Source of the DNA: an uncultured Pseudomonadota bacterium | GTDB lineage: Bacteria > Pseudomonadota > Alphaproteobacteria > JACZXZ01 | Length of the DNA stretch: 64,000 nucleotides | Assembly (NCBI GenBank): GCA_963749075.1 | Contig: CAVVLJ010000020.1 | Span: forward strand, 736,001 to 800,000 | Direction: 5' to 3' | Shown: positions 26,142-36,382 of the stretch, piece after piece | How positions within the stretch are numbered: position 1 is the first letter of the stretch | Layout: each line of letters begins with the position of its first letter | Program-made: the position numbers and the translations under genes | The notes under the pieces: model-generated | The model's input: only the letters and a program-made list of their open reading frames with translations | What the model was told of the DNA's origin: nothing | Databases searched by the model: none

Positions 26142-28301
26142 ATGGTCGACTATGTCGTCATGTGCCTGCTGTGCTGCCTCACCGGTTTAGGTGTGCGGCG
26201 GGTCCTGGCAAACAAGCCCGAGAATGCTTCGGGCTGGACGCTGGCGCCGGGTCTCGGGCTTTCGGTTTGGATCGTGTTGCTGACGTTGGCCGTGGCTCTC
26301 GGTCAACCGATCGGGCGCGCCGCTCTGCCGATCGCGGCGATCAGCGTCATTTTGGCACTGCTTGGCCTGAGGAGCCATCGGCACGTGCGGAACCGCGCCG
26401 CCATCGTCGGCATTTGCATCGCACTCGTGGTGCCGGTGGCGGTCATGGCGGCCTATTTCTGGTACGGCATCTCAACCTATCCCGGCAGCGACAAGGCCGA
26501 CGGCTGGAATTACCAAGCCTACGCGGAATACTTGAAGACGATGCCGGCGGGCGGGATCGCTGAAATGATCCCGCTCTACGCATATGGCATTCGCATCTCC
26601 GCGGCGCGGTTTGCCGGGTCAGGGCTCATAGCCTTGTATAGCGCCTTTCTGCGCGAGGACACACAGGCGGCAACCGGCGTTTTCTTGGCGGTTTCCCTCT
26701 TCTTTTACTGCTCGGGTTGCCTCTCATTCAGCCAGATGGCGTTGCGCCACCGAGGATACGCACCCGTCTTCTACGCGGCGTTCGCCACCTGCGGCGGTTG
26801 GATGCTCAATCTGATCATGGCCAATAATTTCGACAATGTGCTGGCGGCCGGCTTCGGGCCGACCCTGGCCGGCCTTGCCTACCGGGTCGATCCTCGCCGC
26901 CCCCGCTGGGGGGTTGCGGCAGGGCTCGCCGCCGGAGCGGCGATCCTCACCTACCCGGAGTTGTCTCCGGTTCTGCTGTTCCCGGCCACAGCGGTCGTCG
27001 TGGAGCGGATGATCCGCGAACATTGGGCGCGCAAAGCCTGGCTGCTACTATTAGGCGTCACCCTCATCGTAGCACTCCTGGTCGGTGCTCTCTGGCTGAA
27101 CGGCTGGATCGCCTTCTTCCGCATTCAGCTTGCAGCGGCGCTATCGGCGGGTCGGCGGCCCGGCGAGGGCTATTACCCGGCTCTGCTCGACCAGCACTGC
27201 GCGCTCGCGGCGTTTTGGGGTTTTTGGTCGCCGGTGGAAAGCTGCTGGGCGGCAATCAGGGACGGCACCTATTATGCCGGCCAGGCGCTCGCCGTCATGC
27301 TTTCGCTCCTCGCCGTGATCGGCGCGGCTGCGGCATTGCGGCGCGGCCGCTGGGCGTTGCCGGTCACGATGCTACTCAATGCAGCAATGGCCGGCTATGC
27401 TCTCCTGATATGGCATTACGGTTATGCCGCCTCAAAAATAATCTCTGCCGGCTGGTTCACTTTGGCTTATTTGGCCTTCGTGGGCGGCGAAACCTTATGG
27501 CTGGCACGGCCGCGGCCGCGATTGCTGCAGAGCGGCTTAGCCGGCGCGGCAATCCTGTCTTATGCGACGGTCTCCGGCATGCGAGTCATCAAATTCGACG
27601 ATATGGTCGCGCAAAAGAACATCGAATATTTTGCGCAGGTACGCAATGTCGCGGCGATTGCATCCAATGCCCGGATTGCCGTGAATCTGGACGATCTACT
27701 GCCTTTGGGATGGGCCGTCTATTATCTGAGACAGGCAAAAACCATCGTGATCAGTCACCACCCGGAGTTTGCCCCTCTTTCTGAAGCGCCGGCATCAAGT
27801 CGCGTGTCTTCTAAAAACCTCGGGGACATACGCTTTCAACTGGTCGGGCCATCAGGGGCTCTGTGCCCCGAATGGCGCTTGGTCTGGGAAGGCGGCCCCT
27901 ACCGCTTGTTCAAGACCTCGGCTTCGGGATCGCCGTTGTTGGCCGACCTCACCACGCCGAACGGCCTTGAATCTTGGGGCTTCTGGATGGGGGGGGGCGA
28001 CACCGAGTTCACCATCGTTTCCCGTGAAGCCGGCGAAGCGGACCTCAGCGCGTATCTGGGTCTCGGGCCAAGCCTGCCCGGCCGCACCGACACCCGGATC
28101 GCGGTCCTGACCGATCGCGGCTATCGCGGCGATTTCACCGTCGGCAACGGCCTGTTCTCCTTCCGCGTGCCGATCGGGGCAGGCGCCACCAGTATCCGCC
28201 TGCGGCCGTTGGACGAACCGACGCTGCTCAAGCCGCCATACGCCGATACTCGGCCTTTGCTGATCGCCGTCCGCGGCCTTTCAATGTTGAATTGTCCATA
28301 A
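26142..28301 (+). CDS. polytopic membrane protein, putative GT-C glycosyltransferase (paralogue 3)
   Basis: ADGWNY, NFDN, YPE, RPGEGYY and YAASK motifs, plus C-terminal TPNGLE..FWMG domain. Confidence 0.7.
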   Translation: MVDYVVMCLLCCLTGLGVRRVLANKPENASGWTLAPGLGLSVWIVLLTLAVALGQPIGRAALPIAAISVILALLGLRSHRHVRNRAAIVGICIALVVPVAVMAAYFWYGISTYPGSDKADGWNYQAYAEYLKTMPAGGIAEMIPLYAYGIRISAARFAGSGLIALYSAFLREDTQAATGVFLAVSLFFYCSGCLSFSQMALRHRGYAPVFYAAFATCGGWMLNLIMANNFDNVLAAGFGPTLAGLAYRVDPRRPRWGVAAGLAAGAAILTYPELSPVLLFPATAVVVERMIREHWARKAWLLLLGVTLIVALLVGALWLNGWIAFFRIQLAAALSAGRRPGEGYYPALLDQHCALAAFWGFWSPVESCWAAIRDGTYYAGQALAVMLSLLAVIGAAAALRRGRWALPVTMLLNAAMAGYALLIWHYGYAASKIISAGWFTLAYLAFVGGETLWLARPRPRLLQSGLAGAAILSYATVSGMRVIKFDDMVAQKNIEYFAQVRNVAAIASNARIAVNLDDLLPLGWAVYYLRQAKTIVISHHPEFAPLSEAPASSRVSSKNLGDIRFQLVGPSGALCPEWRLVWEGGPYRLFKTSASGSPLLADLTTPNGLESWGFWMGGGDTEFTIVSREAGEADLSAYLGLGPSLPGRTDTRIAVLTDRGYRGDFTVGNGLFSFRVPIGAGATSIRLRPLDEPTLLKPPYADTRPLLIAVRGLSMLNCP

Positions 28302-28554
28302 TGGCGCGGCCGGCTGCGACCGAAAAGATTGTCGAGCGCGTGGGCGATGCTCGCTTGGAACGGCGGCGGCAATGCCGGCGGCATCGACATCTCGTCTTGA
28401 ACTGGGCCAGAATCCCTGGCAGGAGTGGGTCGGGGCGAACGAGGAATTCATGCGCTTGACGCCTGCGGGGGCGCACGCGTAGCCGGCGGTCCCGCTCCAA
28501 CGGCACTGTTCCCGAATATCCGGTGCAAAGCTCTTTGGACGGACGCTCACGAAG

Positions 28555-29451
28555 ATGGATACGACTTTTGGCCAGCCCGAAGAATTGACCTGCCGCATCT
28601 GCACCGCACCAGCCGGCCTTGTCGGCCGCAAGATGGGCAAATATGTGCAGAAGTATTTCAATTTATATCGTTGCGCGCGGTGCGGATTTGCCTTCGTGGG
28701 CAATCATCTCGAGGATTATGCGAAAGTGTACTCGGAGGAGTATTACGGCGGCCGGGGCGCCGATCCGCTGGCCGATTACACGTTCGAAATCGAGCACCTC
28801 GACGATACCGTGCACATGTACGAATGGCGCGGCATCTTGCGTGCCGTGACCGCCTTGCGCGGAGCACCCAAAGGCAGCCGCTGGCTCGACTACGGCTGCG
28901 CCCATGGCGGACTGGTTCACTATGTCCGAGCGCAGGGTGCCGCCGACATCATCGGTTTCGAAGAGGGCTGGATTGCCGGCCGCGCGCGGGTCTTGGGCGT
29001 TCCGATCCTGAGCAGCGAGGAGCTGGCGTCGCACAAGGCCTCGTTCGACGTCGTTACCGCGATCGAGGTCTTCGAGCACGTGGCCGATCCGGTCGCGGTT
29101 CTCACAAGCATTCGCGCGTTGATGAAGCCCGGCGGATTGCTGTTCTACACGACGGGCAACGCCGAACCGCACCGCAAGGCATTTATCGAATGGCGCTATG
29201 TGGTGCCCGAAGTGCACATTAGCTTTTTCGAGCCGGCGACGATGCGCCGTCTTCTGGCCCAGACCGGATTTCGCGCGGAAGAGCGCGGCTTCGTCCCCGG
29301 TTTCGAGGACATCATTCGCTTCAAGGTGCTGAAGAACCTTCATGTCCGCAAGCAGGCGGCGTGGGAGCGCGTTCTGCCCTGGACGCTGATATCGCGATTG
29401 GCCAACGCCAAGTACCAGGTCACCGCGCACCCCGTTGCGTGGGCGCAGTAA
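28555..29451 (+). CDS. class I SAM methyltransferase with N-terminal CxxC...CxxC zinc ribbon
   Basis: CRIC...CARC, WLDYGCAHG, EVFEHV and LMKPGG. Confidence 0.85.
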   Translation: MDTTFGQPEELTCRICTAPAGLVGRKMGKYVQKYFNLYRCARCGFAFVGNHLEDYAKVYSEEYYGGRGADPLADYTFEIEHLDDTVHMYEWRGILRAVTALRGAPKGSRWLDYGCAHGGLVHYVRAQGAADIIGFEEGWIAGRARVLGVPILSSEELASHKASFDVVTAIEVFEHVADPVAVLTSIRALMKPGGLLFYTTGNAEPHRKAFIEWRYVVPEVHISFFEPATMRRLLAQTGFRAEERGFVPGFEDIIRFKVLKNLHVRKQAAWERVLPWTLISRLANAKYQVTAHPVAWAQ

Positions 29452-29464
29452 CGCGCGGCGCCGA

Positions 29465-31697
29465 TCATTGGCCGACGCTCGGCCGGCCAGCGTCGAGCGT
29501 CCGCAGCTGCCCCACCGCAACCTGCCGGACCCCCGCCGAAGGACCGGTCACCTCGACCTCGCCGAGGGCGGCGAATTCCCGGATGTCGGCGGGCAACGCC
29601 GCAATCACCAAGTGCGGCAGCTCTTGCGGCACGATGCGCGCGAGGAGCCGGCCGGCGACACGGATTTCGACCGCGTTCTCCGGGCGGAGATCGGGACCCG
29701 CCTGCAGCTCCATCTGCAGCGAGCGGCCGGCGAGGGACGCGCCACCGTAAAGGCGGAACTCGCCGCGTCCGCTCAGCCAGCGGTTCAGAGCCGATGGGCT
29801 AGTGCCCTCCGGCTGGAGCCAGCCGCCGCCTGGAACGAGGCGGGCTTGGCCGGACAGCGGCAGCACTTCCACAAGCGTGTCCGTCCTCCGGCCGGCGACG
29901 TAGGTGATGTCCGCGAGCGCTCGGCCGGCGATGCCGACGCGCGGCAGCCGTGCCATCCAGCGCTCGCCTGCGCTCGGCAGAGGCAGCGGCGCGTAGCGAT
30001 TCGAACTCGCCCGGCGGCAGCCAAATGACGTTCGAGCCCCACCGATTGGCATAGAGGAAAAGATCGAGCGCCTCGCCGTGGAGGTCCGGCACGACGACGG
30101 CCGGCGTCTCGCGGCCGAGCGCCATGACGCGGTAGTCGACCGGCGCCGGCATGGCTTCGATGGCATCGACGTAGTCCTTCGAGAGCTGCCACTTCTCCGC
30201 GAGCGTCGTCTCGGCATAGCCTGCGCCCGCCGCGGCAATCACGAGCGCCGCCAAGGTGCCCACGCGGACATCCCCGATCGCGCGCGCGAACAGGCTCAGC
30301 CCGACGCCGAGCACGAGGCTCGGCAGGAACGCGAAGTAATCGGTGAGCTTCAAGAGGCCGTAACCCATCCCCCGCGCATAAAAATAGGCCTGAAACAGCA
30401 GCATGATGCCGGCGCTGGCGAAAAGGATGAAGATGTCGCTGTGGCCCGCCCCTCTTGACGCTCCGCGCCGCGTCACGCGCCGCGCCAGGGAGAGGAACGC
30501 CAGGCAGAACGCCGCCGCGAACGCGAGCGCCGCCAGCTGGACGTTATAGGAATAGGCGGAGAACACGTCGCTCTTGATCGCGCTCACGCCGCTCGCGTAG
30601 AGAACGAAGTCCGGAACCGCGACCCAGTCGCCGGGAGGCTTGGACGACGCATAGGCGAACTGCGCCACGATCAGCCGCCAAATGGTCCAGATCACCGGGA
30701 ATGAGACGGCAAGATAGCAAGCGACGAACAGCAGCAGCGCAACCGCCAGCCGCGCGAACTGGCGGCGCACCGCGGCCAGATAGACGAAAATCGTTGCCAG
30801 CAGCAGAAGCCAGAACGGATGGCCCTCCGGCGAAGCCATTGCCATAATCCCCATGGCAAGCCCCGCCGCCGCCGCTCCGGCGAGGAACTCGCCACGCCGC
30901 CGGCCGCGCCGCGCCGTCCAGGCCGCCAAGGCAAGAACGACGATCGACACGACCTCGCCCGAGGAGGATCCGACGAATTGCTGCAAGACTTGCGGCAGGA
31001 TGAAGTTGCCTGCGGCGAGCCCGGCAAAGCAGATGCAGGCGGCAAGGACGCTTTCGCCGGCAATGAAGGCGGCCCCCGTGGCGGCGAGCACGATCGTCAC
31101 CAGGGCGATTCTTTGGAAAAGAAAGAACGCGGCGTGGCTCTCGAGCCCGAACGTGCTGGCGAAATCCGCGACGAAGATCACTTCGGGAAGGCGAAGCACG
31201 ATGCCGGGTATCTTGGGCATGAAGCCCGCGGGGTAGGAGATGATCGGCGCCAGCCAGCCCGCGTGGCGAATTTGATCGATGCAGCCCAGATAGGCAAAGG
31301 TGTCGTCGTTGGTCAGGGGAAAGTATCCCTCGAGGCCGACGGAGGCGATGTCGACCGAATTGATCGCGCCGGACAACAGAGCGGCAGCGGCGACGAGGCC
31401 GGAGCCCAGGACGAGACCGCGCAGGGGAAGCCGTATGCGCCGCGCCGCGCCGGCCGCAATGAGGGCGGCAAGCGTCGAGGCGAGGACGATGGCATAAACC
31501 GCCCGGGATCCCAGGCCGAGATCGTGGAGGAGGGTGCCGAGGCCGAAATAAATGGTCAATCCGAAGGCGGGTGCCAGGAACAGCCAAGCCGGCAATTTCG
31601 CGGTGCCGTCGCGCGCCGCGAGCACGATTGCCGCGGGAGTCCCGATGAGGAAAAGGGAGCCGAATTGAACGGCCAACATGGCGACGAAGCCGCTCAT
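29465..31697 (-). CDS. polytopic membrane protein, putative GT-C glycosyltransferase (paralogue 4), apparent frameshift near 30004
   Basis: NDDTFAY, SPE and YGLLK motifs. The C-terminal GWLQPE...RWL beta domain continues in the 29465..30238 frame. Confidence 0.62.
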
Positions 31698-31824
31698 GCG
31701 CGCCCTCCGCAGCATCTCTCTTCCCGCCGCGTCGCGCCGGAGGGCATGTGTCGGAACGCGCCATCGCGACGACCGGCAACGGACGTAGGCAGCGGCAGGC
31801 GAACGGTCGGCACGGCGTTATACG

Positions 31825-32895
31825 CTAGGACGGTTCGGCGGGCTGCTCTGCCGGGGACCGCGCCCGTGTCCGCGGCTCCGCTTGGGCGTCCGCAAGATCG
31901 CCCACCCCCGGCCCCGAGCGGGGGCCCCGGCGGTCGCGCACCTCGAGATTGATGGCGCGCTCGACGACGAAGAGCGGCCGCCCGCGCACCTCGTCGTAGA
32001 TGCGCCCGATGTATTCCCCCAGCACGCCGATGGCCATGAGCTGCACCCCGCCCATGAACACCACCAGCACGATGATCGTCGGCACGCCCATCGGGTACTG
32101 CATGCCGAGCGCCACCTTGGCGACGAGGATGAAGAGGATCATCGCCAGGCTGAAGAGGAGCACGCCGAAGCCGGTCCACAGCATGAAGGAGAGCGGATAG
32201 GTCGAGAAGCCGAAGACGCCGTTGAAGCCGATGCGCAGCGAGCCGAGATAGCGGTTGTACTTGCTGTCGCCGGCCTCGCGCGCCTCGCGCTCGTATTCGA
32301 GGAAGGTCTGGCGCAAGCCGACGAGAGCCACGAGGCCGCGGAGAAAGCCGTGGCTCTCGCTCAAGTAGCGCAGCTCCTCGATGACGCGGCGGTTGATGAT
32401 GCGGAAGTCGCCCGTATTGCGCGGGATCGCAACCTCGGAGATGCGGTTGATCAGCCGGTAGCCGAGCTCGGACACGAAGCGCTTGACCGCCGTCTCGCCC
32501 TTCCGGCTGGCACGTCGCGCGGTCACCACGTCGTAGCCCTCCGCGAGCTTGGCGAACATCCCTTCGATCAGTTCGGGAGGGTCCTGGAGGTCGACGTCGA
32601 TCACCGCGCACGTCTCGCCCCGGCAGTTCAGGATGCCGGCCATCGTCGCCGCCGGTTGGCCGAAGCGCCGGCTGAAGCGGAGGAGGGCGATTCTCACGTC
32701 GCGTGCCGCCTCCGCCGCGATGAACTCCTCGGTGCGATCGGGGCTGGGATCGAGGCAGAAGATGATCTCAAAGGAACCGATGCGCTCGAGCACCGGGCGC
32801 AGGCGGGCGAGGAAGGGACGGATATTGTCCTCTTCCTTGTAGACCGGGACGACGACCGAGATCCTGGGGAGCGAAACCGCGTCCATGCCCATCAT
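31825..32895 (-). CDS. GT2 polyprenyl-phosphate glycosyltransferase (GtrB-like)
   Basis: ISVVVPVYKEE, FSRRFGQPAA, IDVDLQDPP and TGDFR motifs, two C-terminal TM helices, GEYIGRIYDEVRGRP. Confidence 0.9.
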   Translation of the reverse strand: MMGMDAVSLPRISVVVPVYKEEDNIRPFLARLRPVLERIGSFEIIFCLDPSPDRTEEFIAAEAARDVRIALLRFSRRFGQPAATMAGILNCRGETCAVIDVDLQDPPELIEGMFAKLAEGYDVVTARRASRKGETAVKRFVSELGYRLINRISEVAIPRNTGDFRIINRRVIEELRYLSESHGFLRGLVALVGLRQTFLEYEREAREAGDSKYNRYLGSLRIGFNGVFGFSTYPLSFMLWTGFGVLLFSLAMILFILVAKVALGMQYPMGVPTIIVLVVFMGGVQLMAIGVLGEYIGRIYDEVRGRPLFVVERAINLEVRDRRGPRSGPGVGDLADAQAEPRTRARSPAEQPAEPS

Positions 32896-33166
32896 CGCCT
32901 TCCGAACAGCCCCGGCCCAGGGCGCCGGTACGGTGGGCGGACCCAGAGCGCCTCGCGCGGGTCGGGACGGCCGCAGGAGCACGCGGCCCTTTACACACAA
33001 TCTCTGTGGTCAAGTCAAGCTGTCAACCCGACGTGTAGCCGTCGCAGGCGATGACGGCGGCTTGCGAGGAAGCTGCTGGACTGGCATCGGCGGGAACACT
33101 AAACATGCGAGACCTAGCGCCGGGCGTCGTGCCGCCCGGGCAAGCGGAACGCTTCGGTAGAGCGCG

Positions 33167-34066
33167 ATGACGAAGTTCGCCTTCGATTTTCCCAGCCCCG
33201 CGGAGGGCGCGCCGCCGCCGATATGGGCCGGCGATGCGTTCCGGGTCGGGGATGCGACGAAGCGCATCATCGCCTTCGAGGTCGGCCGATCGGGCTGGAC
33301 CGACGAGCTGACCCGCCTCCACGAAAAAGGCACCGGCCGGCACCATTTCATCAATGCGGCGTCCCGCGCATATGCGCTCGGCGCGATCAGGCGGCTCAAC
33401 GCGGCGGCCACCCCGATTATCCTCGAGGTCGGCTGCGCGTCGGGCTTCTTCGTGAGCGACCTCGTTGCCGCCTTTCCCCAAGCGCACGTCATGGGCGCCG
33501 ACTATACCCTCGAGACCCTCGAGGCGCTGGCCGAGCGCGTGCCCGGCATCCCGCTCATGCGCTTCGATCTGACGCGGTGCCCGCTGCCCGACGCCTCGGT
33601 CGACATCGTGGTGACGCTCAACGTGCTCGAGCACATCGAGAGGGATGACCTGGCGGTTCGGCACATGTACCGCATCCTGAAGCCGGGCGGCCTGATGATC
33701 GCCGAAGTGCCGGCAGGACCCGCGCTCTTCGACGCCTACGACAAGCTCCTCATGCATTATCGGCGCTACGACATGGGGCGGCTCGAGAAGCTGGTAGAGG
33801 CCGCCGGCTTCCGCACGCTCGAGAAGTCGCACCTCGGCTTCCTCATCTACCCGGCCTTCTGGCTGACGAAGAAGCTCACGCGCCTCAAGGCATCCCTGGT
33901 CGCGTCCGATGCCAAGGCTGCGGTCGAGCGCTCCATCGAGACGACGGGCCGTCTCAATCGTCTCGCCAATCCGCTCATGGCGTGCGAGGACTGGTTGCGT
34001 CGGCGCGCCTATCTGTCCTTCGGCATTCGCTGCCTCATCTGCTGCCGCAAGCCCGCTTCCGGCTGA
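33167..34066 (+). CDS. class I SAM-dependent methyltransferase
   Basis: ILEVGCASG, NVLEHI, RILKPGG and H.RRY motifs. Confidence 0.85.
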   Translation: MTKFAFDFPSPAEGAPPPIWAGDAFRVGDATKRIIAFEVGRSGWTDELTRLHEKGTGRHHFINAASRAYALGAIRRLNAAATPIILEVGCASGFFVSDLVAAFPQAHVMGADYTLETLEALAERVPGIPLMRFDLTRCPLPDASVDIVVTLNVLEHIERDDLAVRHMYRILKPGGLMIAEVPAGPALFDAYDKLLMHYRRYDMGRLEKLVEAAGFRTLEKSHLGFLIYPAFWLTKKLTRLKASLVASDAKAAVERSIETTGRLNRLANPLMACEDWLRRRAYLSFGIRCLICCRKPASG

Positions 34067-34224
34067 ATGGGGCTCAAGAGGGCGATGCCGCGCTGCGCGG
34101 CTACGGCAATGCGGCTTGACCGGGAGGCACCGGGCAGGCTAACAGCCGGGTGCCCGTCCGGGCGATGGCATCCGCGCGGCGCCCTCTCGGGCCATGGGAC
34201 ACTTGAACGGGAAATCGAGCGACG

Positions 34225-35211
34225 ATGATGAGCGCCGCGGGCCGATCGGGCCGCCTGAGGAGCCTCCTTGCGCTGCTCGCCAAGGTGGGCGTGTCCGCCT
34301 TCCTGCTGTGGCTCATGCTGCGCCATCTCGATTGGGCGGACGTGGCCGCGCGCCTCAAGAGCATTTCCCCGCTCTCGCTCGGTGCGGCACTCCTCCTCAT
34401 CTATTTCGGCACGGCGCTGTCGGCGGCGCGCTGGTGGCTCATCCTCGTCGCGGTCAAGCACCGGCTGCCCATCCTCCTCCTGCTGCGCTACGTCCTCGTC
34501 GGCTTCTTTTTCAACCAGGCGCTGCCCTCCACGGTCGGCGGCGACGCCATGCGCATCCTCCTCGGCACGCGCGCCGGCCTGCCGGTGGACGTGGCCTTCC
34601 GCTCGGTGCTCGCGGAGCGCCTCATCGGCCTCTTCGTGCTGCTGCTGCTCAGCATCGCCGGGCTGCCGATGATGATGCGCTACTTCGCCATGGACTATCA
34701 CGCCTGGGTGCTCGCCGCGGTGATCCTCGGCGGCCTCGTCGGCATGGTCGCCGGCATGGCCCTCATCATCGTGAGCGGCTGGCTCAGGCGCTTCCGCCTC
34801 GGCCGCCTCGTCTACAATGTGGCGCACGACGTGCTCGCCGTGCTCCTGCACCGCCACTTCTTCGTCCTCGTCGCCGCCATCTCGCTCGTGGGCCAGGTCT
34901 CGGGCTGCCTCGCGATCTGGGCCATCGCGCGCGGGCTCGGGACCGACCTCGACGCGCTCCACACGCTCATGGTGGTGCCGACCGTGTTCGTGCTGCTCAT
35001 GGTGCCCGTCTCCATCGCCGGCTGGGGCCTGCGCGAATCGATGCTGCTGATCGGCCTCGGCATCGTCGGCGTGAGCGCCGGCGACGCGGTGCTCACCTCG
35101 CTGCTCTATGGCCTGGTCAACCTGTTCGGCAGCCTGGTCGGCGGCGCCCTGTGGCTCTTCGACACGACGCGGCGCCGCGCTCCGCTCGGGAGCGAGGCGG
35201 AGCCGCTTTGA
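34225..35211 (+). CDS. lysylphosphatidylglycerol-synthase TM-domain (UPF0104) protein, putative flippase
   Basis: RW...FFNQALPSTVGGD.MR, ER and PVSIAGWGLRE motifs, ~8 TM segments. Confidence 0.85.
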   Translation: MMSAAGRSGRLRSLLALLAKVGVSAFLLWLMLRHLDWADVAARLKSISPLSLGAALLLIYFGTALSAARWWLILVAVKHRLPILLLLRYVLVGFFFNQALPSTVGGDAMRILLGTRAGLPVDVAFRSVLAERLIGLFVLLLLSIAGLPMMMRYFAMDYHAWVLAAVILGGLVGMVAGMALIIVSGWLRRFRLGRLVYNVAHDVLAVLLHRHFFVLVAAISLVGQVSGCLAIWAIARGLGTDLDALHTLMVVPTVFVLLMVPVSIAGWGLRESMLLIGLGIVGVSAGDAVLTSLLYGLVNLFGSLVGGALWLFDTTRRRAPLGSEAEPL

Positions 35212-35251
35212 ACGCGCGGCCGCTCGCATTGCCAAGGGTGGTGCACTTTCC

Positions 35252-35776
35252 TCAGCCGCCCGCTCCCAGGCGCCACAGCCGCTTGAGAGATGCGAAGGCG
35301 CCGGCGACGGCGCGCCCGCGCGGCGTCAGGACATAGGCGCTCCCGCGTCGCCGCAAATAGCCGTTGAGCACCATGGTCTCGAGGCGCGCGCCCACGAGCT
35401 CCTTGGAGACGAACGCCTCGCTGAGCGTGCGCAAGGGGAGCACGCCGGCTGGCCTCTGCGAGAGGAGCACCAGCGACTGCACCGAGAGCGAGGTGCCGAT
35501 CACGAAGAGAAACGGCATATAGACGACGAAGAGGCACAGCATGACCAGGAGGCCGGCCGCGGCGTTGACGGCCGTCCCGCAGGCGAAGCCGCCTCCGAGC
35601 GCTGCGGAGCCGCCGGCGGCGAGGAGGCAGCTCGCCACCAGCGCCGCCGCCGCCGCCGCGAAGACCTGCACGATGAAGGCGAAGCGCCGGCGCACGGGCC
35701 GCAGCGCCAGGACGCCGAGGTGGCCGGCAAGGAAGACGAGAAACCAGAGCATGCCGAGGAGGAGGCCCGCGAGCAT
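35252..35776 (-). CDS. small membrane protein with C-terminal winged-helix-like tail
   Basis: 3 TM segments, TSLS, RLETMVLNGYL...YVLTPRGRAVA. Coupled by TGATG to the upstream paralogue. Confidence 0.7.
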   Translation of the reverse strand: MLAGLLLGMLWFLVFLAGHLGVLALRPVRRRFAFIVQVFAAAAAALVASCLLAAGGSAALGGGFACGTAVNAAAGLLVMLCLFVVYMPFLFVIGTSLSVQSLVLLSQRPAGVLPLRTLSEAFVSKELVGARLETMVLNGYLRRRGSAYVLTPRGRAVAGAFASLKRLWRLGAGG

Positions 35777-36330
35777 CACACGCGCTCCCCGGCAAGGACG
35801 ACTTGCATGTGCAAGAGGCGCCGCAGCGTGCCGAAGAGGCGCGCGACGCGCCGCCCCTTCTCGAGGAGGCGCACCTCGTCCCCCTCGAGTGCCATGAGCG
35901 TATGGGCCCGCATGTCGTCCATGCGCTTGCCGTACATCCAGGCGATGCCCTTGCCGCCGCCGTAGCCGGCCATCACCTCCTCGAGGGTCATGTGCTCTCC
36001 TGCCGCCTCGCGGATGTCGATGAGGATGCGCAGCGAGAAGCCGCGGTCGGCGAGATTGTAGAGCTGAAGCACGCCGCCGAGGATGGCGGCACCATAGAAG
36101 ATCTCGACGGCGGCCACGTCGACCCAGGGGAAGGGCTCGACGAGGTCCGCGGGCAGCAGCCAAAGCTCGGCAGGCGTGAGGAGCGACGCGAGTGCCGCGA
36201 GAGGCGCGGACGCTGCGAAGAGGCGCAGCATGGCGGAAGCGCGGCTGTGCACGGTGCGGTACCGGAACGTCAGCGTGACCGCGGCGAAATATGCCGCCGT
36301 CATGGCCGCCGCGATGACGAGGGCCTTCAT
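35776..36330 (-). CDS. small membrane protein with C-terminal winged-helix-like tail
   Basis: 3 TM segments, RGFSLRIL, KRMDDM...VRLLEKGRRVA. Confidence 0.7.
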   Translation of the reverse strand: MKALVIAAAMTAAYFAAVTLTFRYRTVHSRASAMLRLFAASAPLAALASLLTPAELWLLPADLVEPFPWVDVAAVEIFYGAAILGGVLQLYNLADRGFSLRILIDIREAAGEHMTLEEVMAGYGGGKGIAWMYGKRMDDMRAHTLMALEGDEVRLLEKGRRVARLFGTLRRLLHMQVVLAGERV

Positions 36331-36382
36331 CGCCGACCGCGCGGTCGCAGTCCGTGCCGCATGGCTGCCCCGCGCTCCCGCG

